Source: Gemmatimonadota bacterium (GTDB taxonomy: Bacteria; Gemmatimonadota; Gemmatimonadetes; JACCXV01; JAHWKZ01). From it: a stretch of 64,000 nt of DNA. The notes under the pieces are model-generated. The model was not told the origin of the DNA, searched no databases, and worked only from the letters and a program-made list of their open reading frames with translations. Positions 43,476 to 53,016 of the stretch are shown here, one piece after another. Each line of letters opens with the position of its first letter. Within the stretch, counting starts at the first letter, position 1. The DNA lies in contig JBOHRW010000150.1 of assembly GCA_050732935.1 (NCBI GenBank), forward strand, positions 12,862-76,861, read 5' to 3'. The translations under genes were made by a program, and so were the position numbers.

Positions 43476-43543
43476 CCTCCGCGACGTACCCGTGCGCGTC
43501 GGGCCCGCGAAAAAGGCCCGTCTGCGCGTCGTGAGAGGAGACG

Positions 43544-44587
43544 ATGATTCTTCGACGATCCAGCACCTCGATTGCCGTCGACCTGGGGTCGCGGCACATC
43601 CGTCTCGTGGCCATCGAGAGGAAAAGCTCGAGGCCGCGTCTCGTGGCTTACGAGCGCGAGCCCATCGAGCCCGAGACCGTCGTGGCCGGGGAGATCATGG
43701 ACTTCCACGGATTGGCCGAGGCGCTGCGGCGGGTCCGCGAGCGTTCCGGGATCCGCCGACGGCCGGCCGCCACCTCGGTATCCGGTCGGGATGTCATCGT
43801 CAAGCGCGTTCGGATGGACCGCATGCGGGAAGCCGAGGCGCGGCAGATCATGCGCTGGGAGGCGGAGCAGCACGTTCCCTTCGACATCGACAGCGTGAGC
43901 ATCGATTTCGAGATCCTCGATCCCGAGGCCGACGGTCGGCAGATGGAGGTCGTCATCGTCGCCGCCAAGAAGGACCTCGTGGAGAGCCGCATGCGGCTGC
44001 TCGACGAGGGCGGCTTCGAGCCCGCGATCATCGACATCGACGCCTTCGCCGTTCAGACCACATTCGAGCACGGCCACGAACGCGCGCGCTATGGCACCTT
44101 CTGTCTCGTCAACGTCGGCTACGAGATCACCAGCGTGAGCCTGGTCCGTGACGGGCGTCCGCTGTTGACTCGCGACATCGCGACGGGGGAGCGTCGGTTC
44201 GAGGAGGCCCTGGTCGAGACGTTGGGCGTGACGATGGAGGAGGCCCGCCAGCGGCTCCGCGACCCGGACGGCCCGGACCCGCTGGCCCGGCACACGCTGG
44301 CATCGGTCGTCGACGGGTTCGTGACCCCGATCGAACGTGCCCGCGGGTATCTCTCCACGAGCGAGGGCGAAGCCCGGGAGCTGGACGAGGTCGTGCTCTC
44401 CGGAAGCGGGGCCGGACTTCCGGGTCTCCGGAACGCCTTGGCGGACCGGCTCGGGGTGCCGGTCACGATCCTCGATCCACTGACCCAGCTGGAAGTCGAC
44501 CCGGCGATCCGGGCGAGCCTGCTCGACGTGGGGGCCCGGGCCTCGCTGGCCATCCCGGTCGGCCTGGGACTGCGAGAGGGAGGATGA
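43544..44587 (+). CDS. pilM: Type IV pilus assembly protein PilM (actin-like ATPase fold)
   Basis: IAVDLGSRHIRLVAIE...IIDIDAFAV...VLSGSGAGLPGL are FtsA/actin-like motifs. A gagaggag RBS precedes the start. Confidence 0.85.
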   Translation: MILRRSSTSIAVDLGSRHIRLVAIERKSSRPRLVAYEREPIEPETVVAGEIMDFHGLAEALRRVRERSGIRRRPAATSVSGRDVIVKRVRMDRMREAEARQIMRWEAEQHVPFDIDSVSIDFEILDPEADGRQMEVVIVAAKKDLVESRMRLLDEGGFEPAIIDIDAFAVQTTFEHGHERARYGTFCLVNVGYEITSVSLVRDGRPLLTRDIATGERRFEEALVETLGVTMEEARQRLRDPDGPDPLARHTLASVVDGFVTPIERARGYLSTSEGEARELDEVVLSGSGAGLPGLRNALADRLGVPVTILDPLTQLEVDPAIRASLLDVGARASLAIPVGLGLREGG

Positions 44588-44591
44588 AGCC

Positions 44592-45257
44592 GTGGCGCGC
44601 GTGAACCTGATCCCGCAGGCTCGGCGACGGGATATGCGGAGGCGGCGCGTCGCCCTGCCCCAGGGGCGCCCCGGCGCCGAGCTGATCCTGGGCGCTTTCG
44701 TTCTGATCCTCCTGATCGGTTCGGTGGCTGCCTTCGCGGTCGAGCGCCGGAGCCTGTCCGAGGCGCGGGCCGCGGTCGTCGTGGCCCAGGCCGACAGCGC
44801 GCGGCTGCACGGGGTGGTGGAGCAGGTCGAGCGCATCCAGCGCGCTCAGACCCGCATGGCGGAGCGAATCGAGCTCCTGGAGAGCGTGATCGACGGCAGG
44901 CTCTACTGGCCGCGCCTCATGGAGACCCTGTCGCGGACGCTGCCTGCCTACGTGTGGCTGGAGCGGGTCGATCGGCAGGAGCCGGGGGCCGGGCGGATCC
45001 AGATCGCGGGCGCGTCGTTCGCGAACGCCGCCATCACCGACTTCATGCATGGCCTGGAGGCTTCGCCGGAGCTGCGGGACGTTGCCCTGGTCGAGGTCAG
45101 TCGGAGCCTGCGGGACTCCCTGGATGTCCAGCAGTTCACGGTCGTGGCGACGGAGGAAGATCGGCGGATCCCGGACGTGGCGCCGGACTCGACGACCGTA
45201 GACGGCCGCCCCGAGATCGATCCGGTGGAGAGACCTTCAAATGGAGGGGAGAGATGA
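44592..45257 (+). CDS. pilN: Type IV pilus assembly protein PilN
   Basis: VNLIPQARRR followed by a single TM and coiled coil. Sits between pilM and the pilO-pilQ genes. Confidence 0.75.
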   Translation: MARVNLIPQARRRDMRRRRVALPQGRPGAELILGAFVLILLIGSVAAFAVERRSLSEARAAVVVAQADSARLHGVVEQVERIQRAQTRMAERIELLESVIDGRLYWPRLMETLSRTLPAYVWLERVDRQEPGAGRIQIAGASFANAAITDFMHGLEASPELRDVALVEVSRSLRDSLDVQQFTVVATEEDRRIPDVAPDSTTVDGRPEIDPVERPSNGGER

Positions 45258-45775
45258 GGCGCCCGAACGCTCGCCTGCACTGGCTGGGGCTGGTTCTCGC
45301 GGTCACTCTCGCGACGACGTGCGAGCCCGACGAGGTGCAGAACTCCGCCAACGAGGCGGTGATCATGGTGCAGTTCTTCGCCTCGCGGACGAACCGCGTG
45401 CCGGTGGCGGGCGTGCGCATGATCGTGGAGTCGCCGGGCGACCAGCAGGACCAGACGCAGGGCCGGCCCTACAACGGACCCGACATCCTGGCCATCTCCG
45501 GCGACGACGGCATCGCGATCGCGCGTGTCTTTCCAGGGTTCGACGATTCCGGTCAGAACGGTGAAGGCGGAGGCGACGAGGAGGGCTCGCAGGGCCAGGG
45601 GCCGGAGAACCCGCTCGACCTGCCCCCACCGCTCATCTTCGCGGACGTGGCGATCACGTTCATCCATCAGGGGGAGATCGTCCCGTTCATCGCGAGCGGC
45701 TTCACGATCGGCTCCGGACTGCTCTACGACCTGGGCCCCATCTTTCTCGACGAGCTCGGGCTGACCGTGGAGTGA
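45254..45775 (+). CDS. Hypothetical lipoprotein inserted between pilN and pilO
   Basis: Lipobox LAVTLATTC. A low-complexity acidic/Gly segment DDSGQNGEGGGDEEGSQGQG. ATGA overlap with pilN and GTGA overlap with pilO. Confidence 0.5.
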   Translation: MRRPNARLHWLGLVLAVTLATTCEPDEVQNSANEAVIMVQFFASRTNRVPVAGVRMIVESPGDQQDQTQGRPYNGPDILAISGDDGIAIARVFPGFDDSGQNGEGGGDEEGSQGQGPENPLDLPPPLIFADVAITFIHQGEIVPFIASGFTIGSGLLYDLGPIFLDELGLTVE

Positions 45776-46443
45776 TGCTCGGTCTCGATTCCCCCGACCG
45801 TCAGCGGATGGCGCTGTTCGGCCTGTTGCTCGTGGGCGGCGCGGTGCTGTTCCACCGCTACGTGTGGTCGCCCCTCCACGACGACCGGATCGCGACGGAG
45901 ACGCATCTCGCGCGCCTCGATCGGACCAACCGTCAGGCGCGGGCGCTGACCCAGCCCACTCGCATCTCCGAGCTCGAGCGGCTCGAGAGTGAGTACGAGG
46001 TGGCGCTGGCGGCATACGAGCCTCTGTTCCCTCACCGCTCCGAGGCCATGGGACTGCTCGCCGGTGTCTCCAGCGCGGCTCTGTCCGCCGACGTCGAGAT
46101 CGTGAGCTTCGCCCCGCGGGAGAAGATCGAGGGGAAGGTGCTCGTGGAGATTCCCTACGAAGTGGAGGTCCAGGGCTCGTATCACGACATCGGTCGGTTC
46201 CTGGCCGGCGTGATCAACCTGCCGCAGATCGTTCGACCGGAGGTCATCAACCTGGCGGGCGTCTTCGACGACGACCCCGATCGCGGGGAGCTCGAGCATC
46301 AGGTCCTGGGGACGCTGGTGCTCTCGGCGTACGTGCGCGCGTCGCAGGAGATCCGCATCGAGCCGGCTCGCAACGCGGCGCTCCCGGAGTCGTCCGGCGG
46401 AGTCCACGCGGTCCGTAGCGCGGGAGGGCCCGATGAAGGCTAG
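45772..46443 (+). CDS. pilO: Type IV pilus assembly protein PilO
   Basis: N-terminal TM (LFGLLLVGGAVLF), a coiled coil, and a C-terminal ferredoxin-like region (YEVEVQGSYHDIGRFLAGVINLPQIV). Confidence 0.7.
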   Translation: MMLGLDSPDRQRMALFGLLLVGGAVLFHRYVWSPLHDDRIATETHLARLDRTNRQARALTQPTRISELERLESEYEVALAAYEPLFPHRSEAMGLLAGVSSAALSADVEIVSFAPREKIEGKVLVEIPYEVEVQGSYHDIGRFLAGVINLPQIVRPEVINLAGVFDDDPDRGELEHQVLGTLVLSAYVRASQEIRIEPARNAALPESSGGVHAVRSAGGPDEG

Positions 46444-46951
46444 CGCTGTCCTGCTCTTCCTCGTGGTCCTCTCGGTCCCGGCGCATGCCTTGGCCCAGCA
46501 GGAGATCGAGCCGGTGGAGGTGAAGGCCCTGGCCTCCCCCGTCACCCCGGCGGCCTACGTCTCGGACGGTCGGCGGGATCCGTTCCTGCCGCTCACCGGG
46601 ATCTACGCCTCGCAGGAGGACGGCGCACCGCGCCTCGAGCAGCTCGAGCTGACCGGGATCTTCATGGGCGCGCCCGGCAACAGCCTGGTCGTGCTCGAGG
46701 ATCACACCCGCCGCGGACACTTCGTGCGGGTCGGGGAGTCGCTGGGTAACGCGCGGCTGCTCGAGATCCTGCCCGACGCGGCCGTCTTCGAGGTCGATGG
46801 CTACGGGATCCTCCGTCGCGACACCCTGCGCCTGGTGCCGGATCGGCGGACCGCCGACGAACCGCCGGAGTCGTCCCCGGACCCGCCACCCGCAGGATCC
46901 CCGCCGGCGCGGCCTGAGCCGCCCCAGCCGCAAGCCGGGGAGGGCCCGTGA
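46433..46951 (+). CDS. pilP: Type IV pilus assembly protein PilP (secretin-binding)
   Basis: Signal peptide ...AHALA|QQE. RRDPFLP (the PilP DPF motif). A Pro-rich C-terminal tail. Confidence 0.65.
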   Translation: MKASAVLLFLVVLSVPAHALAQQEIEPVEVKALASPVTPAAYVSDGRRDPFLPLTGIYASQEDGAPRLEQLELTGIFMGAPGNSLVVLEDHTRRGHFVRVGESLGNARLLEILPDAAVFEVDGYGILRRDTLRLVPDRRTADEPPESSPDPPPAGSPPARPEPPQPQAGEGP

Positions 46952-48915
46952 TCGGCCGGCTCGGCCTTCCGCTGATCGTGGCGGCGCTCCTGGGCGCCGA
47001 GGCGAAGCCGCTCGGGGGCACCCCGTCCCCGCAGACCGGCCGCGCGACCGAGGTGGTGCGCGGTTTCCGCGTGGTCAGCGACGGAGACGTCACCCGTATC
47101 GTCATCGAGACCACGGGCGCCGTCGCCTATCGCGACGACTTCCAGCCGCTGCCGCCCCGGCTCACGATCGAGCTTCTGGGCGTCCGCCCCGGGCTGCCGC
47201 TCCAGGAGTACGACGGGATCCGGCGCGGAGGCGTGCGCTACGTAGTCGCCAGCGCGCCGTCGCCGGACCGCGTCAGGCTCGACATCGCGCTGACGGGAGT
47301 CACCGCCTACGCGGTCTATCAGCAGGGATCGCAGGTCCATGTCACCTTCGACAACCCCGGCGCGGCATTCAGCGCCTTCGTCGCGGATGGCGACGCGCGG
47401 GAGGCGCCCGGTGGCAGCGTGACGAGGGTCTCCTCGTCTCCGTCCTCCTACGGGACGGCGCTCCAGGGGTCGGACCCCGGTCTGGACGGCGTCGACGGCG
47501 AGCCGATCTCGCTCTCCTTCCAGGGCGCCGACATCGAGACCGTGATCCGCGCCTTCGGCGAGATCAGCGGTCGTTCGATCGTCGCCGGGACGGGAGCGCG
47601 CGGCATCCGCATCACCGCCGACATCCGCGACCGCCCCTGGGACGAGGCGCTGGTGGCCGTCATGCACGCCAACGGCCTCGAGGTGCGCCATCAGAACGGC
47701 ATCATCCGCGTCGACACCGTCCAGAACCTGCGCGAGACCGAGCAGCTCGTGGATCTCGGCACGATCGTGCTCCAGCTCAACTACATCGCGGCCGCGGACG
47801 TGGTCCCGGTCCTGGCGCCGCTCAAGTCCGAGCGCGGCAGCGTCACCGCCGACGCCAAGACGAACTCGCTGGTCATCACCGACATCCCCACCCGCGTGCG
47901 GCGGATCACCGACATCGTGCGCGAGCTCGACGTCCAGACCCCGCAGGTCACGATCAAGGCCAAGATCGTATTCGTGAACAAGGTCGACCTGCGGGATCTG
48001 GGGGTGAAGTGGCGGATGGAGAACCTGCGCGACCCGACGGTGGACACCCACGTGCTCGCCAACACCGAGGGCACGCTGGCGGATCCGTTCCTCGACCTGT
48101 CACTCGGAACGCTGGCCTCGGGCCTCAACATCGGCGGTCTCCTGCAGGCGCTCGAGCAGCGCGAGCTGGCGGACATCCAGGCCGAGCCCCAGACGACGGT
48201 GCTCAACAACCTGCCGGCCGAGGTATTCGTGGGGGAGCGAACGCCCATCCGCGTCCTCGACGTGGGCGCCGACACGCCCGAGGCCCGGGCCAGCGTGGAG
48301 CTGATCGAGACCGGCATCATCCTCAGGGTCACCCCGCACATCACCGCCAACGGCAAGGTGCTCATGGAGCTCCACGCCGAGCGCTCGGGCGTGGCGATCT
48401 CCGACCCGGCTATCGGCGTGACGTTCAACACGCAACGCGCGACCTCGCAGATCCTGGTGGACGACGGCGAGACCGCGGTCATCGGCGGGCTCACCGTGGA
48501 GGATGTGTCGACCGTTCGGCGTGGCATCCCCATCCTCAAGGACATCCCGATTCTGGGCGCGCTGTTTCGGAGCGAGCGGAAACGCGAGGAGAAGCGCGAC
48601 CTGCTGATCTTCGTGACGCCCTACGTCATGCCGGTGGACGATCCCGAGCCGGAGACCGTCTCGGCGGTCTGCCTCGAGGACCAGCCCTGGTACCGGAGCG
48701 ACCAGGCGATCGTCCACAACGGGGAGCGGTGGCTCCGCTACGGATCGCCGCGGCGGATGAATCCGCGCGGCCTGGTGGCGGTCGGCAATTTCCGCGGCGT
48801 GCCGATCTACACGGCGGTGGAGACGGCGGCCCTCGAGATCTACCTGCCGCTCTGCTCGGAGGGCTTGTTCCAGGCCTATCGGATGGTCCCCGAGCTGCGG
48901 GGGACGAACGGATGA
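46948..48915 (+). CDS. pilQ: Type IV pilus secretin PilQ with AMIN and N-domains
   Basis: N-domains SFQGADIETVIRAFGEISGRSIVAG. Secretin core VTPHITANGKVLMEL...AVIGGL...GIPILKDIPILGALFRSERKREEKRDLLIFVTPYVM. An extra 90 aa with two Cys follows the secretin domain. Confidence 0.85.
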   Translation: MIGRLGLPLIVAALLGAEAKPLGGTPSPQTGRATEVVRGFRVVSDGDVTRIVIETTGAVAYRDDFQPLPPRLTIELLGVRPGLPLQEYDGIRRGGVRYVVASAPSPDRVRLDIALTGVTAYAVYQQGSQVHVTFDNPGAAFSAFVADGDAREAPGGSVTRVSSSPSSYGTALQGSDPGLDGVDGEPISLSFQGADIETVIRAFGEISGRSIVAGTGARGIRITADIRDRPWDEALVAVMHANGLEVRHQNGIIRVDTVQNLRETEQLVDLGTIVLQLNYIAAADVVPVLAPLKSERGSVTADAKTNSLVITDIPTRVRRITDIVRELDVQTPQVTIKAKIVFVNKVDLRDLGVKWRMENLRDPTVDTHVLANTEGTLADPFLDLSLGTLASGLNIGGLLQALEQRELADIQAEPQTTVLNNLPAEVFVGERTPIRVLDVGADTPEARASVELIETGIILRVTPHITANGKVLMELHAERSGVAISDPAIGVTFNTQRATSQILVDDGETAVIGGLTVEDVSTVRRGIPILKDIPILGALFRSERKREEKRDLLIFVTPYVMPVDDPEPETVSAVCLEDQPWYRSDQAIVHNGERWLRYGSPRRMNPRGLVAVGNFRGVPIYTAVETAALEIYLPLCSEGLFQAYRMVPELRGTNG

Positions 48916-50063
48916 GTGGGTTGGCGATCCGCTGCGCCCGCGGGCCGGCCCCGCCGGCCGCCCGGCTCGTCGCCGTCGGTCTCGTCGCCTGGCTCGCGGT
49001 GTCGGGTTGCGACGACGCGCTCGTCGACGACGCACCCGGGGGCGGACATCCGGACCGTCTGGTGGCGATCTCGGGTCAGACCCTGGTCGCCCAGCTCGGC
49101 GCCTCGACGGGCGCCTTCCTGCGGCTCAAGGTGGTGGACCGCCGGGCGCGCCCGGTCAGGGCCGCCGTCGTGCGATACGTGGTTCTCTCCGGCGCCGGCG
49201 TCTTCTCGTCGGACAGCACGCTCACCGACGACCAGGGGTTCACGCAGGTCGAGTTCCGGCCGTTCACGGCCGGGACCGCGATCGTCGAGGCGCGGACCGA
49301 GACCGCCGACGGGGTCCTGGGCCTCCAGTTCCAGATCCAGGTGCTCAGCGACCCGCGCGAGGCCGCTGTCCTGGAAAAGACCGGGGGCGACGGCCAGAGC
49401 GGACCGGCTGGCTCCTTCCTGGCCGATCCGCTCGAGGTGCGGGTGCTGAACCCGGACGGACTGCCGGTGGTCGAGCATCCCGTCACGTTCACGCTCGAGC
49501 AGGCGCCGGGGCCGTCGGCGGGCGTAGCTTCAGCGCGCGAAGGCACGACCGCGGGCCAGATCCAGGTCGTGACCGACGCCGCCGGGCTCGCCCGCGCCTT
49601 CCTGCGGCTCGGGACCCGGGTCGGGGCCTATTCGGTCGCCGCCCGCGCGCTGTCAGGCACGGGAGCGGATCCGACCGCCTTCGAGGTGACGTTCACCGCC
49701 ACCGCCACCGCCGCCCCCGCGGCCCGGCTCGTGGTGATCGCGGGCGGCGACCAGACGGCCGTGATCGACACCCTGAACGCCCCCGACAGCCCCGACTTCC
49801 GGGGCCGCGACGCCAACCCGTTCGTGGCCCAGGCGCTGGACGCCTTCGACCAGCCGGCGGCCGGCGTGGCGGTCCAGTGGGTGGTCTCGGACGGCGGAGG
49901 AACGCTGCTCGCCACGATCACAGTGACCGACGCGTTCGGGCTAGCCCAGAACCAGCTCTTCGAGGCGACCGAGGGCCGGAACGCGGTCGTGGCGATCGCG
50001 GCCGGCACGAACGCGGTCGAGTTCGTGGTGACGGGGGTAGTGCACCAGCCGGAAGGGGAGTAA
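48912..50063 (+). CDS. Lipoprotein with tandem bacterial Ig-like (Big-1-type) repeats, coupled to pilQ
   Basis: Lipobox LAVSGC. Repeated beta-rich modules (AQLGASTGAFLRLKVVDRRARPVRAAVVRYVVLSGAGVF... and VEHPVTFTLEQAPGPSAGVASAR...). ATGA overlap with the pilQ stop. Confidence 0.55.
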   Translation: MSGLAIRCARGPAPPAARLVAVGLVAWLAVSGCDDALVDDAPGGGHPDRLVAISGQTLVAQLGASTGAFLRLKVVDRRARPVRAAVVRYVVLSGAGVFSSDSTLTDDQGFTQVEFRPFTAGTAIVEARTETADGVLGLQFQIQVLSDPREAAVLEKTGGDGQSGPAGSFLADPLEVRVLNPDGLPVVEHPVTFTLEQAPGPSAGVASAREGTTAGQIQVVTDAAGLARAFLRLGTRVGAYSVAARALSGTGADPTAFEVTFTATATAAPAARLVVIAGGDQTAVIDTLNAPDSPDFRGRDANPFVAQALDAFDQPAAGVAVQWVVSDGGGTLLATITVTDAFGLAQNQLFEATEGRNAVVAIAAGTNAVEFVVTGVVHQPEGE

Positions 50064-50064
50064 C

Positions 50065-50082
50065 CGCGTCCTGAAGGACGCG
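50065..50082 (+). terminator. Stem-loop cgcgtcc-tgaa-ggacgcg immediately after the pilus-locus stop codon
   Basis: A 7-bp GC stem with a 4-nt loop starts 2 nt after the TAA. It probably terminates the pilMNOPQ operon. Confidence 0.4.
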
Positions 50083-50295
50083 CTGTGTGGACTACCAGAT
50101 AATCTCGATCCCGGCGGCGTCTCCGATGTCGGGATCCCTCGTGACGAGAGGCAATCCCAGCTGAACGGCCGTGGCCGATGACCGCAGCCGTGCTGAGGCA
50201 AATCACCGTGAGACGACACCGGTCCCGACCGAGGGGGGAGCTGGGATCGAGACGGCAGCCGTGAACCACCCGCCCGGGCGCGTATATTACCCGCC

Positions 50296-53016
50296 ATGAC
50301 CGCTAAAACCCGCAAATCCACCCGCCGCAAGGCCGCGCCCAACCTGGTGATCGTGGAATCGCCGGCCAAGGCGCGCACGATCGAGCGCTTCCTGGGCTCC
50401 GAGTTCGTCGTCGAGGCGTCGATCGGCCACGTCCGCGACCTGCCGCGCGGGGCGAAGGAGGTGCCGGCACGCTTCAAGGACGAGCCCTGGGCGCGGCTGG
50501 GCGTCAACGTCGACGAAGGGTTCGAGCCCATCTACGTCACCGTTGAGGGGAAGTCCAAGCAGATCAACAGGCTGCGCGGGCTGCTGAAGAACGCCGAGGC
50601 GCTCTGGCTGGCGACCGACGAGGACCGCGAGGGGGAGGCGATCAGCTGGCACCTCTGTGAGCTGCTGAAGCCGGACGTCCCGGTGCGGCGGCTCGTCTTT
50701 CACGAGATCACGCGCGAGGCCATCGACCGCGCGCTGGAGAGCCCGCGGGGGATCGACGAGGGACTGGTCAGGGCCCAGGAGGCCCGCCGCATCCTGGACC
50801 GCCTGTATGGCTACGAGGTGTCGCCGCTCCTGTGGCGGAAGATCGCGCCCAAGCTGTCGGCGGGTCGGGTCCAGAGCGTCGCCGTCCGCCTGGTCGTCCA
50901 GCGCGAGCGCGAGCGGCGGAAGTTCGTGGCCGCCACCTGGCACGACCTCCTGGGCACGTTCTCGCCCCGGGAGGCCGCCTCCGAGGATGCTACCGAGGGG
51001 GGCGACGCTTTCGAGGCCGGGTTGGTCTCGGCGGACGGCCTGCGCGTGCCGACCGGGAAGGACTTCGACTCCGCGACCGGGCGACCCCAGGGGGAGGGAC
51101 TGCTCCTGCTCGACGAGACGGCCGCGGCCGGGCTGGCCGAGCGTCTGGGAGGGGCCGACTTCCGCGTCACGGCGGTCGAGGAGAAGCCGTACACGTCGCG
51201 GCCGGCCCCGCCCTTCACCACCAGCACGCTCCAGCAGGAAGCCAACCGCAAGCTCGGCTTCTCGGCCCGGCGCACCATGCGGGTGGCCCAGAGCCTCTAC
51301 GAAAGCGGCCACATCACCTACATGCGGACGGACTCGACCCACCTGGCGGGGGTCGCGATCGAGGCGGCGCGCGAGCTCGTGAGGGCCGAGTACGGCGAGC
51401 GGTATCTGCCGAAGGAGCCCCGGACCTACCAGTCGAAGGTCAAGAACGCCCAGGAGGCCCACGAGGCGATCCGCCCGGCGGGCCATCCCTTCGAGCTTCC
51501 CGAGGCGCTCCGAGGCCAGCTCGACCACGATCCGTACCGGCTCTTCGAGCTGGTCTGGAAGCGAACCGTGGCTAGCCAGATGGCCGACGCGCGTGGTCGG
51601 CGCATGACCATCACGATCGAGGGCGGCGGCGCGGCCTTCGAGGTCCGCGGGAAGACGATCGACTTTCCCGGCTATCTGCGGGCGTACGTCGAGGGGAGCG
51701 ACGACCCCGACGCCGAGCTCGCCGACCAGGAGACGCTCCTCCCGCCGGTCCAGGAGGGCCAGACCCTCGATTGCCTGGGTCTCGAGGTCAAGGGCCACAC
51801 GACCCAGCCGCCCGCGCGGTACACCGAGGCGTCGCTCGTCCGAGCGCTCGAGCAGCGCGGGATCGGTCGCCCCAGCACGTACGCCTCGATCCTGGAGACC
51901 ATCCAGGAGCGCGAGTACGTGTTCAGGAAGGGGAACGCGCTCGTCCCGACGTGGGTGGCGATCTCGGTGACGCGGCTTCTCGAGCGTCACCTGGCGGAGC
52001 TCGTCGACTACGAGTTCACCGCCGGGATGGAGGACGAGCTGGACGCGATCAGCCGGGGCGAGCTCGGGCACGTCGACTACCTGCGCCGGTTCTACTTCGG
52101 GAACGGGGACACCGGGCTCAAGGAACTGCTGGAGAACAAGGTCGACGAGGTCGACGCGCGGGCGGTGTGCACGATCCCGATCGGCACGCCCGAGGGCGGG
52201 GAGCCGGTCGTGGTCCGGGTCGGGCGCTACGGGCCCTACCTCCAGCAGGGAGAGGACCGGCGCGCCTCGCTGCCGGAGGACCTGCCGCCGGACGAGCTGT
52301 CGCTCGATCTGGCGATCGAGCTGCTCCGTCAGGGTGAGCTCGCCGACCAGCCGCTCGGCCACCATCCAGAGTCGGGCGAGCCGGTCTTCGTGAAGACGGG
52401 CCGCTACGGACCGTACGTCCAGCTCGGCGAGGGGAGTGACGAGGGAAAGCCGAAGCGCGCGTCGCTACTCGAGGGCATGGACCCGGAGACAGTCGACCTC
52501 GAGACGGCGCTGGGGCTCCTCTCCCTGCCGAGGAAGCTGGGCGAGGACCCAGGGACGGGAGAGACGGTCGAGGTCCACACGGGGCGCTACGGCCCGTACG
52601 TGAAGCAGGGAGAGGAGACGCGCTCCCTGGCGCCCGGCGCGTCACCGCTGGAAGTCACCCTGGAGCAGGCGATCGAGCTTCTCGCCCAGCCCAAGCGGGG
52701 CCGGTCGCGGGGCGGCGCCCGCAGGGAGCCGCTCCGGACTTTCGACCCGTCGCCTGCGACCGGCAACCCGATCGAGCTCCGCGACGGCCGCTACGGTCCC
52801 TACGCGACCGACGGGGAGACGAACGCCTCGCTGCCCAGGGACATGGCGATCGAGGAAGTGACCCACGAGCTCGCCGTCCAGCTGCTCGCCGAGCGGGCCG
52901 CGCGCGGGCCGGGCCGCCGGCGCGGATCCTCCAGGAAGTCGCGCAAGTCGAAGAAGAAGTCCAAGAGAAAGGCCTCGAAGAGGAAGTCCTCCAGGAAGAA
53001 GTCGAAGGAATCGTGA
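50296..53016 (+). CDS. topA: DNA topoisomerase I with Lys/Ser-rich basic C-terminal tail
   Basis: TOPRIM domain (LVIVESPAKARTIERFLG), catalytic Tyr region (GHITYMRTDST), a C-terminal repeat domain, and a tail [26 protein letters not shown]. Confidence 0.95.
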   Translation: MTAKTRKSTRRKAAPNLVIVESPAKARTIERFLGSEFVVEASIGHVRDLPRGAKEVPARFKDEPWARLGVNVDEGFEPIYVTVEGKSKQINRLRGLLKNAEALWLATDEDREGEAISWHLCELLKPDVPVRRLVFHEITREAIDRALESPRGIDEGLVRAQEARRILDRLYGYEVSPLLWRKIAPKLSAGRVQSVAVRLVVQRERERRKFVAATWHDLLGTFSPREAASEDATEGGDAFEAGLVSADGLRVPTGKDFDSATGRPQGEGLLLLDETAAAGLAERLGGADFRVTAVEEKPYTSRPAPPFTTSTLQQEANRKLGFSARRTMRVAQSLYESGHITYMRTDSTHLAGVAIEAARELVRAEYGERYLPKEPRTYQSKVKNAQEAHEAIRPAGHPFELPEALRGQLDHDPYRLFELVWKRTVASQMADARGRRMTITIEGGGAAFEVRGKTIDFPGYLRAYVEGSDDPDAELADQETLLPPVQEGQTLDCLGLEVKGHTTQPPARYTEASLVRALEQRGIGRPSTYASILETIQEREYVFRKGNALVPTWVAISVTRLLERHLAELVDYEFTAGMEDELDAISRGELGHVDYLRRFYFGNGDTGLKELLENKVDEVDARAVCTIPIGTPEGGEPVVVRVGRYGPYLQQGEDRRASLPEDLPPDELSLDLAIELLRQGELADQPLGHHPESGEPVFVKTGRYGPYVQLGEGSDEGKPKRASLLEGMDPETVDLETALGLLSLPRKLGEDPGTGETVEVHTGRYGPYVKQGEETRSLAPGASPLEVTLEQAIELLAQPKRGRSRGGARREPLRTFDPSPATGNPIELRDGRYGPYATDGETNASLPRDMAIEEVTHELAVQLLAERAARGPGRRRGSSRKSRKSKKKSKRKASKRKSSRKKSKES

